The notes under the pieces were generated by a model that was not told where the DNA came from, searched no databases, and saw nothing but the letters and a program-made list of their open reading frames with translations. 64,000 nucleotides of DNA from Candidatus Babeliales bacterium. GTDB lineage: Bacteria > Babelota > Babeliae > Babelales > JACPOV01. The position numbers were made by a program, and so were the translations under genes. Positions 18,412 through 27,186 of the stretch are shown here, piece after piece (within the stretch, counting starts at the first letter, position 1; every line of letters begins with the position of its first letter). The stretch is from NCBI GenBank assembly GCA_050250855.1, contig JBFWNW010000003.1, positions 44,316 to 108,315 of the forward strand, written 5' to 3'.

Positions 18412-19397
18412 TTAACCATTTCTAAAACTTGTTTAAGATACAACTGTTTAATAAAATAATCTATCAGTGCGGGATCATAATCTTCTGGCAGCTCAGAGCG
18501 CTCTGCTGCCTGCTCTACTTTAGCCAACAGATCTTCAACTTCTTGAGTAACCAGTTTAAAATCTACGTTGCCCTGTTTTATGGCAAGCAGATGCTCTCGT
18601 TCTGGACGCGGAAATGTTATAGTATGGTGAGTAAAAAATTCTAGCGCCTGATTGCCAATGCGCACAGCATGAGATAATGCTTTCCAATCTGCACCATCAT
18701 TACGCGTTGCCTCCATTGCACGATTACCGTAGGCATCAATAATGTTTTGCACAATCAAGCGCGCGTTTTTCAATGTTGCATGAAAGGGAATTTTTTTACC
18801 ACATACTTGAAAGTAATGCTCCTCATTTCCATCAGGTTGCGTCATGGATGCAAAGCTCAGATGTTCATTGCTCTCTACAGCTTTTTTTAAATCATCAATG
18901 ATAGTTACTAATTTTGCGCACGTGCCATATTTTTTTTCCGCTTCAGATAAAAGCTCAAATGCCTTAGTAGCTTGCGCAAGCTTGGTGCCCTTTTGGCAAT
19001 ATTTATATGTTTGTTGTTTGCAATAACCAACAAATGCTGCTGCTTGTTTTGTTAATAACTTCATCCCTATTTGTTTTAGCTGTGACCACTCCGGCTCCAG
19101 GAGTTCAATAAGAGCATAGTCAGGCGCAAATAGCATTTCCAATGCAAATGATTGACCTTGTGCTACCGCCTGCAAAAATTTTACCGGACTATACAGTTCA
19201 TAATCAACATCAGTTGACTTGTTTCTTGCACCTGGTTCTTTTTTGCTTCCTTTAACTAATACCGGCTCAACACGCTGCAGCAATATATCATCTGCCGAGG
19301 GAATATAAACACCTTTAATATCAACATCTGATTGTGGTGTTGCCGTACCAAAAAGGTGAGAACCGTATTTTATAGTAACAATAATTTTTTCAGGCAT
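18405..19397 (-). CDS. Pol-beta superfamily nucleotidyltransferase (PF10127/RlaP-like)
   Basis: YGSHLFGTATPQSDVDIKGVY is the G-S...D-x-D nucleotidyltransferase motif. The downstream DVDYELYSPVKFLQAVAQGQSFALEMLFAP and DWKALSHAVRIGNQALEF match the layout I recall for this family. No HMM was run. Confidence 0.6.
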   Translation of the reverse strand: MPEKIIVTIKYGSHLFGTATPQSDVDIKGVYIPSADDILLQRVEPVLVKGSKKEPGARNKSTDVDYELYSPVKFLQAVAQGQSFALEMLFAPDYALIELLEPEWSQLKQIGMKLLTKQAAAFVGYCKQQTYKYCQKGTKLAQATKAFELLSEAEKKYGTCAKLVTIIDDLKKAVESNEHLSFASMTQPDGNEEHYFQVCGKKIPFHATLKNARLIVQNIIDAYGNRAMEATRNDGADWKALSHAVRIGNQALEFFTHHTITFPRPEREHLLAIKQGNVDFKLVTQEVEDLLAKVEQAAERSELPEDYDPALIDYFIKQLYLKQVLEMVNQ

Positions 19398-19409
19398 AGT
19401 ACACGCTCT

Positions 19410-19982
19410 TTATTGTTTCAACATCGTTAAAATATCTTCATCACCTAAACAGTTTGCATAATACAAAGCATTTTTGCCTGCAAAAGTACCCAGCGTACTA
19501 TCTGCCCCTGCTTTCAAAAGCAATTTTATTATCTGCTTATTTCTTTTTATTAAAGCACATAATAAAGGTGTTATTTGATTTTGACACATACTATTTACCT
19601 GAGCACCATGCTTGAGCAAGAGTTCTACAATTCCTGCATGACCACAAAATGCCGCTGCTGCCAAAGCAGTCCCACGATACTCACCAGGTTTATTTACATC
19701 GGCTCCGTGTGCAAGTAAAAGCTCCACAAGTTCCTTATGCCCAGCTTGTGATGCTGCAATTAAGGCTGTTTGGCCATCACGCTCAGAAGCATTGACATCC
19801 ATTCCCGCTTGCAGCAAAAGCTTTACTATCGTGCTATATCCTCGCGCACAAGGCCATATTAAAAGTTCTGCAGGAAGCTTTTCTTGCATCTCTTTACATT
19901 CAACAAGCAATGCCACAACTTTTTGGCTATCATTATCTTGAATAGTTTTAAAAAGATCAATAATTTTAGAATATTTATCCAT
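19410..19982 (-). CDS. ankyrin-repeat protein, 190 aa
   Basis: GQTALIAASQAGHKELVELLLAHGADVN and flanking repeats. Confidence 0.85.
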   Translation of the reverse strand: MDKYSKIIDLFKTIQDNDSQKVVALLVECKEMQEKLPAELLIWPCARGYSTIVKLLLQAGMDVNASERDGQTALIAASQAGHKELVELLLAHGADVNKPGEYRGTALAAAAFCGHAGIVELLLKHGAQVNSMCQNQITPLLCALIKRNKQIIKLLLKAGADSTLGTFAGKNALYYANCLGDEDILTMLKQ

Positions 19983-19991
19983 AGCTAAGCA

Positions 19992-20678
19992 TTACTCTTC
20001 TTCCAGTTCTCTAAAACTTTTTTTACCAGCTGGTCCATGCCACATTTCGTGTATTGGGCTATCAGAAAAATACTTCGATGATGTTATATCAGTTAAAATA
20101 GAACTTGATATCTCTGAATCTTCATTACATGACATTGTACAAATTGAGCCAAAAAAGTTTACCACTTCAAATGAAGGTATATCTAAGATATCCAATTTTT
20201 GAGCAAGTATTTTCCAGTTTTCTAAATTATAAGATGGAGATTCATATTCTCTGTTTGGATAGCTTTGAAAAGTATTATAATCATTATATCTATAAAATCT
20301 TTCTTTTCCATCTAGACCAAAAAAGTATTGCTGGCTTTCCCAACCAGGGCCCACTTCTCGTGAAGGATAAAAATATGAAAAACGATTCCAATAACAGGAA
20401 ACCGTTTCATGAGCACCCTGTACATCAAATCTACAAAATTCAACAAATTCACTATCAGCGATAATGTCATCCTCATCCCATGTTACATACTGTTTGATAT
20501 GCACCTTATCGGCAAGTGCTGCCAATTGAGGAATATGGGCAAATCTCTTTTTTAGCTTTTTATAAAATCGCGTTGCTAGCAGCTCCAACTTTAAAGCATT
20601 GAGCGTAGTGTCTATAGATTCTGGTGTTTCATCCTGCAGGGTTTCAAAAAAAGATTTTTTTAGATTTTCTATATTCAT
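19992..20678 (-). CDS. hypothetical protein, 228 aa (aromatic-rich, no recognisable motif)
   Basis: ATG ORF tightly spaced within the minus-strand gene string, with no motif recognised. Confidence 0.5.
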   Translation of the reverse strand: MNIENLKKSFFETLQDETPESIDTTLNALKLELLATRFYKKLKKRFAHIPQLAALADKVHIKQYVTWDEDDIIADSEFVEFCRFDVQGAHETVSCYWNRFSYFYPSREVGPGWESQQYFFGLDGKERFYRYNDYNTFQSYPNREYESPSYNLENWKILAQKLDILDIPSFEVVNFFGSICTMSCNEDSEISSSILTDITSSKYFSDSPIHEMWHGPAGKKSFRELEEE

Positions 20679-20703
20679 GGAGCATCCTTTGAATTTATTG
20701 TTA

Positions 20704-21189
20704 TCATAGAGCTGTATCAGAACAGGTTACGCCTACATGGCCAGCACTGATGCATAAAGAGTTATTATCTGGCCGCGAGAGCCACCAGCTCTCGTATGTC
20801 TTCTTAGTATACATGCAAAAGACCGTAATGGCCAACGAATCAGCAAACTCAAACTTAGTATCTAATGCATCATTTAAAACATGTATGGCAATCAATTCTT
20901 TGTCCTCAAATAATGCTAGCGATTTTTCAATTTTTTTATGACTATCCTCAGAACCACAAATAGGCTTACCCGCCTTATCATCTATGCGCCAGGCAGCTAT
21001 TTCTATAGCCAAGTACCAATCAGAAAATTTTTCAATAACCTTCTGCCCACAGCGCTTCACTGGTTTTAAACGAAAACCGCCAAATTCCATGCTCACGATA
21101 GAACCGTGAACACGCCGTACATTGCGCGCAGGCAATCCAAGAAGTTCTTTGGTAAAATGAAGAATACGCTCTTTATTATTTTTATGCAT
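20704..21189 (-). CDS. hypothetical protein, 161 aa
   Basis: ATG ORF overlapping the upstream gene by 8 nt. It looks small and beta-rich (SIVSMEFGG...WYLAIEIAAWRIDD...ICGSED). No family assigned. Confidence 0.5.
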   Translation of the reverse strand: MHKNNKERILHFTKELLGLPARNVRRVHGSIVSMEFGGFRLKPVKRCGQKVIEKFSDWYLAIEIAAWRIDDKAGKPICGSEDSHKKIEKSLALFEDKELIAIHVLNDALDTKFEFADSLAITVFCMYTKKTYESWWLSRPDNNSLCISAGHVGVTCSDTAL

Positions 21190-21841
21190 TCAATAACGTT
21201 TCTATAATCTGATAGCCTTTATCATGTGCAATCATACGTGGTGTATGCCCCGTTTTATTTTTTATGTTTGGATTTGCATCACGCGAAAGAAGTTTTTTTA
21301 CCATAGCCTCATCACCATAATAGGCAGCAAAGTGAAGTGCTGTCATACCATTTTTGTCCTGCAAATTTGGATCAGCACCAGCAACTAATGCTTCTCCGAC
21401 AGCATCAAGGTTTCTTTGTGCTGCTGCAATTACTAATAAAAGATTGCCATCTTTTGTCTGCTCATTTACTTTGTAGCCATAAAAATGGGTTGGTCCTCTG
21501 CCATACCGTCCTCTTCTTGTATCATTTTTTTCTATTATTTCTAAAAGATCACTTAAGGTAAAATCTGTTAATGATCTTTTTATAAGCGGCGCGCTACACA
21601 ATGCTACAACAATGAAGAAAGTTGTAAAACCATAAAACGTTGACCTACTCAACCATCCTTTATACCTGCCTATTTTATCGCAGAGATATAAAGAAACTAT
21701 AAAGCCAATAAAATAGATAGTTACATACCGGATATCATTAGAGGCAAATCCTAATTGCATCAATAGGAAAATACTGGCAATGGCGCCTAGAGCTACATAG
21801 CAAAAATCTTTATAGGTTACCTTATTATTTTTTTTATTCAT
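21182..21841 (-). CDS. membrane-anchored ankyrin-repeat protein (paralog A)
   Basis: Three N-terminal hydrophobic helices followed by ANK repeats (GMTALHFAAYYGDEAMVKKLLSRDANPN). About 60 percent identical by eye to the upstream ORF. Confidence 0.8.
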   Translation of the reverse strand: MNKKNNKVTYKDFCYVALGAIASIFLLMQLGFASNDIRYVTIYFIGFIVSLYLCDKIGRYKGWLSRSTFYGFTTFFIVVALCSAPLIKRSLTDFTLSDLLEIIEKNDTRRGRYGRGPTHFYGYKVNEQTKDGNLLLVIAAAQRNLDAVGEALVAGADPNLQDKNGMTALHFAAYYGDEAMVKKLLSRDANPNIKNKTGHTPRMIAHDKGYQIIETLLNA

Positions 21842-22410
21842 TCTAATAACTTCTCAATACGATAACGGCCTTTTTCATGGGCAAGCATAGAGGGTGTATA
21901 GCCGCGATTATCTTTGAGCTGTTTATTTGCACCATGAGCAATAAGTTCTTTTACTAAAGCCTCATCTCCATAATATGCCGCCATATGGAGCGCCGCCATA
22001 CCATTTTTGTCTTGTATATTTGGATCAGCGCCAGCACTCAAGAGCTCTTTAACGGCATTCAAGTTCGCTTGTGCTGCTGCAATTACTAATAACAGAGAGC
22101 CATCTTCTGACTGCTCATTTACTTTATAATCAAAAAAATGACTGAGCCCTTTGCCAAACCTTCCTCCTCGTTGGTCATTTTTTGTAATGATTTCACGCAG
22201 ATGCCACTGACTCAAAGAAGCTAATGACTTTTTTCGACGCGGGGGCAATAAAAATATTACGCAGCCTATGAAAATAAAAACTCCTAGAAAGATAAAAAAA
22301 GTTGACTTACGCCATGGAGTACCAAATTGTGCTCTCTGCCCAAGAGAGGTAAACAGTGCAAGAAAAACTGCCACCGTAACTAGAAATAAAATATCGGTAT
22401 ATGATATCAT
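21838..22410 (-). CDS. membrane-anchored ankyrin-repeat protein (paralog B)
   Basis: Two N-terminal hydrophobic helices followed by GMAALHMAAYYGDEALVKELIAHGANKQ. ATGA overlap with the downstream paralog. Confidence 0.8.
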   Translation of the reverse strand: MISYTDILFLVTVAVFLALFTSLGQRAQFGTPWRKSTFFIFLGVFIFIGCVIFLLPPRRKKSLASLSQWHLREIITKNDQRGGRFGKGLSHFFDYKVNEQSEDGSLLLVIAAAQANLNAVKELLSAGADPNIQDKNGMAALHMAAYYGDEALVKELIAHGANKQLKDNRGYTPSMLAHEKGRYRIEKLLE

Positions 22411-22427
22411 TTTTTATACTTTTTTAA

Positions 22428-24239
22428 TTATACAACAACGCCCTCTATCTCTTGCAATAAGGCAACTATCTTTTCATTCTTACGCTTTTTAGCATAATCA
22501 AGCGCTGTTTTTCCTTCAGTATCTTGCAGTCTATAATCAGCACCTGATGCCAGGAGAAATTGTACGTATGAAACATCATCACCATACCATTGAGCGGCTC
22601 TATGTAATACCGCTTCACCGCGATCATCTTGCGCATTAACCACCGCGCCATGCTGTATCAGCACCTTGGCAGCATCTTTACAGGCAAATTTTAACGGAAA
22701 ACCGCGATTGGGACAAGCGCCTGCTTGCAATAAATATTCAACTATTTCAAAATAGGAACTATTATCTTTAGACGCCGCATAACATAATGGCGTATCGCCA
22801 TGATTATCGCTACCATTAATATCTGCACCATGCTCAACCAATACTTTTATACAAGAAAAATAATCTATAGCACTATTATAATCATGACTATTACACATAA
22901 GGTGGAGCGCCGTTCGCCCTCTATTATTTCTATGGTCCACCATAGCACCGTGCTTTAAAAGAAGCTTGATAGTCTTTTCATCCGTTGCACAATGTAAGGG
23001 TGTATCACCCGCTTTATTGGGGTTTGAAATCTTGGCACCATGCTGTAAAAGCAGCTTTATAAGCTTTCTGCGATCTCTTTTGGTTGCTGCAAACAATGGC
23101 GTTTCACTACCGGTATTAACACAGGCTTTGTGATGTAATAATCGTTGAATTATTGCACTATTATGTTCATGAACAGCGCATGCCGTATAAAGAGCAGTAA
23201 CACCATCACTATCGAGCTCATCCAATGGTATCTTTTCTTGTACCAGAAAATCAATTACGGCACAAATTTGAGATGTATCGCTCTCATATTGACCCACGGT
23301 TGCAGCTACATGCAAAAGCGTTTGGCCGCGCTCATTACGCTCATTTTTTTGTGCACCATGAGCAAGCAAAAGTTTTATACTGTTTAAAGCAGCCCCACGC
23401 ACAGCCTTAAACAGTGGGGTTTCACCATCAAGATCTTTTTTATGAACTGATATCTTTTTCTCAATAAAAAATTTAATTAACTGCCCATTTCCCATAAGAG
23501 CTGCTTTATGCAATGGTGTTTGTTTCTTTTTATCTTCGACATCTAACGATGCACCAAGCTGTACCAGCAATTGCGCACAAAGAAAACCTTTTTGGACGTC
23601 CGTACAAGCTGCTGCAAAATGCAACGGCGTTTTGCCAGAATCCTTTATAGCTTCATGATAATCACCGTCATAGTAAAAATTCTTTGCAAAATAAGAGTGT
23701 TTTTCAAGCTTTGCACTGTACGTATACAAAAGCTGCACCATTGCAACGTCACCATGCCCTGCAGCACTATGCAAAGGAGTTTCCTTTTCATAACCAAGCT
23801 CGATATCAGATTTTCCGCGGCAAGCATTTACATCAGCGCCATGCTCAAGCAAAAGTTTAGCTGCTTTAAGATTGCCATACATAACAGCAACCAATAAAGG
23901 ATTTTTGCCATGTCTATTTTCGCACGCCAATGATGGCTTGTGGGCTAACAGCAAATTAAGCAATGAAAAATCATCACCCTCTAAAGCGCGGTCTAATGCA
24001 GCATGCAAAGAGGTATCGCCACCACAATCTCCTTTACGCATCTTAACATCACTGCGTGCACCACGCTTGAGTAGTGCTTCAATGGCAGAAAAATCTAATT
24101 CTTTTTGATGAACGGCCTCCCATAACTTATCATCAAGGGTTAGTTTAACTTCTTCCTGCGCTCTTATTTGAGTAAAAAAAAACAAGACCCCTACAAATAA
24201 TTTTAATGCGCACCATGCGCTAAAAGTTTTTTTGTCCAT
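22428..24239 (-). CDS. exported ankyrin-repeat protein, 603 aa
   Basis: Signal-like N-terminus (ALKLFVGVLFFFTQIRAQEE) and many ANK repeats (ETPLHSAAGHGDVAMVQLL and similar). Confidence 0.85.
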   Translation of the reverse strand: MDKKTFSAWCALKLFVGVLFFFTQIRAQEEVKLTLDDKLWEAVHQKELDFSAIEALLKRGARSDVKMRKGDCGGDTSLHAALDRALEGDDFSLLNLLLAHKPSLACENRHGKNPLLVAVMYGNLKAAKLLLEHGADVNACRGKSDIELGYEKETPLHSAAGHGDVAMVQLLYTYSAKLEKHSYFAKNFYYDGDYHEAIKDSGKTPLHFAAACTDVQKGFLCAQLLVQLGASLDVEDKKKQTPLHKAALMGNGQLIKFFIEKKISVHKKDLDGETPLFKAVRGAALNSIKLLLAHGAQKNERNERGQTLLHVAATVGQYESDTSQICAVIDFLVQEKIPLDELDSDGVTALYTACAVHEHNSAIIQRLLHHKACVNTGSETPLFAATKRDRRKLIKLLLQHGAKISNPNKAGDTPLHCATDEKTIKLLLKHGAMVDHRNNRGRTALHLMCNSHDYNSAIDYFSCIKVLVEHGADINGSDNHGDTPLCYAASKDNSSYFEIVEYLLQAGACPNRGFPLKFACKDAAKVLIQHGAVVNAQDDRGEAVLHRAAQWYGDDVSYVQFLLASGADYRLQDTEGKTALDYAKKRKNEKIVALLQEIEGVVV

Positions 24240-24874
24240 GCTCCAAATAACTCCTCATAATCATCTAACATACTATTACAATATAACGGAGACGGCCTGC
24301 CTTTATTAACACCCGCTCCATGCGCAAGTAAACAATCAAAGAGAAGCGGATCAAAAAGAGTATGCATAACCGTGTTACATAATGGTGTACAGTTACTATT
24401 ATCCAAAGCATTAATATCGGCACCATGTTGAATCAAAAATTCCACAAACTCTCGCTCTTCTTGCATAATTCTATAGTCGCTACTGCTTATTGTTTGCATC
24501 TGCTCTTTAGAAAAGTGGGATACTAGAATTATTTTGCCCTCTTGCTCAACATAACATCGGGGAGTTTCTGTTATCAGATGTAAAACTGTTTTGCCTTCAT
24601 TATTTCTTGCATTAATATCAGCGCCATGATCCAACAGAAACTGCGCTCTTTTTATATCGCGCGTTACATGCAAGGGCGCATTCCCCCAAAAGTCCACGGT
24701 TGCGGTAACTGCCATACAGCCATCTTTTACTTTTTCTATACATTCATCGTCTAATTTTTCAGCGGGCGTCCGAAATCGTTCTATAACTTTGCTTTGGCCT
24801 CTTTTTGATTTTTTATAAAACGCATGACTTGGCATATTAAAACATACAACAACCATAATAAGTAAAAAATTCAC
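24203..24874 (-). CDS. exported ankyrin-repeat protein, 223 aa
   Basis: GTG start 5 nt after GGAG, hydrophobic N-terminus MNFLLIMVVVCFNMPSHA, and ANK repeats (GKTVLHLI..., CTPLCNTVMH...). Confidence 0.75.
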   Translation of the reverse strand: MNFLLIMVVVCFNMPSHAFYKKSKRGQSKVIERFRTPAEKLDDECIEKVKDGCMAVTATVDFWGNAPLHVTRDIKRAQFLLDHGADINARNNEGKTVLHLITETPRCYVEQEGKIILVSHFSKEQMQTISSSDYRIMQEEREFVEFLIQHGADINALDNSNCTPLCNTVMHTLFDPLLFDCLLAHGAGVNKGRPSPLYCNSMLDDYEELFGAWTKKLLAHGAH

Positions 24875-24949
24875 CCAAACTCCTTTAATAAGAAGATTAA
24901 AACCTCAACCGGTTGAAGAAATTTCCCTATAGAGTAAACTTAATATGGT

Positions 24950-25552
24950 ATGAAAAAAAATGCTAATAAAACAATCCAAGCTTTATTCAAGGCCATAAAA
25001 AAAAATAATACCCAAGAAGTAAAATTTCTTCTTGGCCAAGGACTTTCTGCGTATACAAGAAACCGTAGCGGAAAAAGTGCTTTTGCTTATGCAATAAAGT
25101 ATGGAAATCTTGAAATTGAAGAGCTTCTAGAAGATTCGTTAGAAAAACCAGACCACTTTGATACAACACCGTTAATGTATGCCGTTCGGGGTAACAACAC
25201 CGTTCTTGTAAAACAACTACTGCACGCAGGCGCTAACCCAAACGCCTCAACGTATTCAGGACATACCGCTTTAATGTTTGCAGGAAATAAAGACCCAGAA
25301 ATAACTTCTTTATTGTTGCAGTATAATGCTCAGGTTAATGCAAAAACAGTTTTTGGCTGGACAGCCTTAATGGAAGCCGCTTATTATAATGATGCTGCCA
25401 TGGTACAGCAACTACTCCAGGCTGGAGCAAAGGTTGCTCTAAAAAATCACCTTGGTAGAACTGCTCTTATTGATGCTCAGCAACGTGGGCATACAGAGAT
25501 TGTTAAACTGCTTTTGGCGCATAGAGCAAAAAAAATTAAAACTCGCGTTTAA
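24950..25552 (+). CDS. ankyrin-repeat protein, 200 aa
   Basis: TTPLMYAVRGNNTVLVKQLLHAGANPN and following repeats. Confidence 0.85.
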   Translation: MKKNANKTIQALFKAIKKNNTQEVKFLLGQGLSAYTRNRSGKSAFAYAIKYGNLEIEELLEDSLEKPDHFDTTPLMYAVRGNNTVLVKQLLHAGANPNASTYSGHTALMFAGNKDPEITSLLLQYNAQVNAKTVFGWTALMEAAYYNDAAMVQQLLQAGAKVALKNHLGRTALIDAQQRGHTEIVKLLLAHRAKKIKTRV

Positions 25553-26354
25553 AAACAATATTCTCTGGATGTTCTTGGCAATAAAAAAGATAGATGTGTC
25601 CGACGCTTGTCCATTTATCCTCTTGTTCATAAGCGGCACTTATCTGAAACAGCAAATCCATAGTAGTATAACATGTGCGGCATGATGGAAATTTTTCAAG
25701 ATCCATGCCAAAAGGCATGCCCAAATACTTAGTACCATCAGGGCATCCGAGCGAACAACCTACTTTGCATCCGTATAAAGAAGCGCTTTGGCCAAGTTCA
25801 TTATAAAACAGTTCAACTTCTGTTTCATCAGAACTATCAGCAAGCTCAGCAAGGTTCTCGTAGGCATCGTCATCTAGTAGTTCTATATTTTTAAGTTGTT
25901 TTATTTTCGTAAACGTAATTCTACGAGGATTAGTTTCGTTTATATTTGATGAGGAAATCTCTTTCATTTTTGCAAGCGAAGGCGCAGCATATTTGCGCAA
26001 ACAGTACAGCTTTTCATAGCGAGTGATAGTATTGTTAAAACAGTTTTTACATATAAAAAAAGTATATAAACAGTTTTTTTCAATTGTTTTAGGAACCTCT
26101 GCCAAATCAAGTTCTGACGTATTTACTTGAAAGATAAAAAAAAGTTCTTTAGTGCACAATCCACAAACCGGCCACGGCTCACCCTCGCTATAGGGTTTGC
26201 CACCGAATTTTGAAACAACACTTTGTTCAATAACAAGAGGATCTTGATCTTCATACTCTTCAGGAAGCTCACCATGAAAGCGAAAGGTAATATCTAGATA
26301 GGTCGACAAAAATTTTTTAAGTTCATCATCTGTTAGCATGTTAGACCTCGACAT
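25536..26354 (-). CDS. DUF1963 / YwqG-like protein (paralog 2)
   Basis: SKFGGKPYSEGEPWPVCGLCTKELFFIFQVN and the C-terminal GHIYLFYC match the GG-P...WP-C..C...Q pattern I associate with DUF1963. An alternative ATG lies at 26339. Confidence 0.55.
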   Translation of the reverse strand: MSRSNMLTDDELKKFLSTYLDITFRFHGELPEEYEDQDPLVIEQSVVSKFGGKPYSEGEPWPVCGLCTKELFFIFQVNTSELDLAEVPKTIEKNCLYTFFICKNCFNNTITRYEKLYCLRKYAAPSLAKMKEISSSNINETNPRRITFTKIKQLKNIELLDDDAYENLAELADSSDETEVELFYNELGQSASLYGCKVGCSLGCPDGTKYLGMPFGMDLEKFPSCRTCYTTMDLLFQISAAYEQEDKWTSVGHIYLFYCQEHPENIVFKREF

Positions 26355-27163
26355 TCGTTATTTTCCGGATGCTCTGGACAGTAAAATATATATAATGCAC
26401 CAGCATCACCCCATGAAAAGCCAGCTTCAGCTTGCAACTGAAACAATAAAGCCATGGGTTTACTACACATTAAACACTCAGGAGTATCCATGTCGTTAAA
26501 AAAATTAGGAACACCTAAATATTTAGTGGCGTCACCATCATCATTAAAATCCGTCATGTTAAGCAATTCTTCACCAATTTTTTGATAAAGATCTTCTTCT
26601 TGATCTGGACTCTCAGCAATCAGGTCAAGTACTAACGATGATGCTGCATCACAATCTTCGAGTCTCAAAAAAGATATGCTTTTAATTAAATCTATTTTAC
26701 TAGGAATAATATTAGCCCCTCCTGCATAAAAATCCGCATAAAAATCCGACATTTCGGGTTGATGCATCTCCTGCGCTTTATCCAATGAAGGAGAATAATA
26801 TTTTCTTAGACAATAGGTAGTATTCGGCTTATCATCAACACCCTTAAAACATTCCATAGGACATATAAAAAAAACATATAAACAATTATTTTCAACATTT
26901 TTACCAAAATTATCAAGACCAGTATTATTACATTGAAATATAAAAGAAAGTGGTTCTTTACATGAAGTACAGAGAGGCCATGACTCACCCTCACTATAGG
27001 GTTTGCCCCCAAATTTTGAAACCGTAGTTAGTTTTGCCATATCTTCTGATGGTTGAACATCAAACTTAAATGATTTCTCTATACAAGCTGAAAAAATTTC
27101 TTTTAGTTCATCCATACTAAAAGAGCAATATTTTGTATTAATTTTAAGAGTATCAGTATTCAT
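26333..27163 (-). CDS. DUF1963 / YwqG-like protein (paralog 1)
   Basis: SKFGGKPYSEGESWPLCTSCKEPLSFIFQCN and the C-terminal GALYIFYCPEHPEN. It is a clear paralog of the downstream ORF. Confidence 0.55.
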   Translation of the reverse strand: MNTDTLKINTKYCSFSMDELKEIFSACIEKSFKFDVQPSEDMAKLTTVSKFGGKPYSEGESWPLCTSCKEPLSFIFQCNNTGLDNFGKNVENNCLYVFFICPMECFKGVDDKPNTTYCLRKYYSPSLDKAQEMHQPEMSDFYADFYAGGANIIPSKIDLIKSISFLRLEDCDAASSLVLDLIAESPDQEEDLYQKIGEELLNMTDFNDDGDATKYLGVPNFFNDMDTPECLMCSKPMALLFQLQAEAGFSWGDAGALYIFYCPEHPENNECRGLTC

Positions 27164-27186
27164 AAATCCTCACAGTTTAAAAAATA

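Noticed and set aside
18405-19397. The nucleotidyltransferase might be a CD-NTase, which would make this a CBASS-type defence system.
   Set aside because: The GS...DxD motif is generic to Pol-beta-fold enzymes. The following DVDYELY...ALEMLFAP and DWKALSHAVRIG segments fit the PF10127-like layout better. No effector (patatin, endonuclease, TM or TIR) or Cap gene is adjacent, and the neighbours are ANK proteins.
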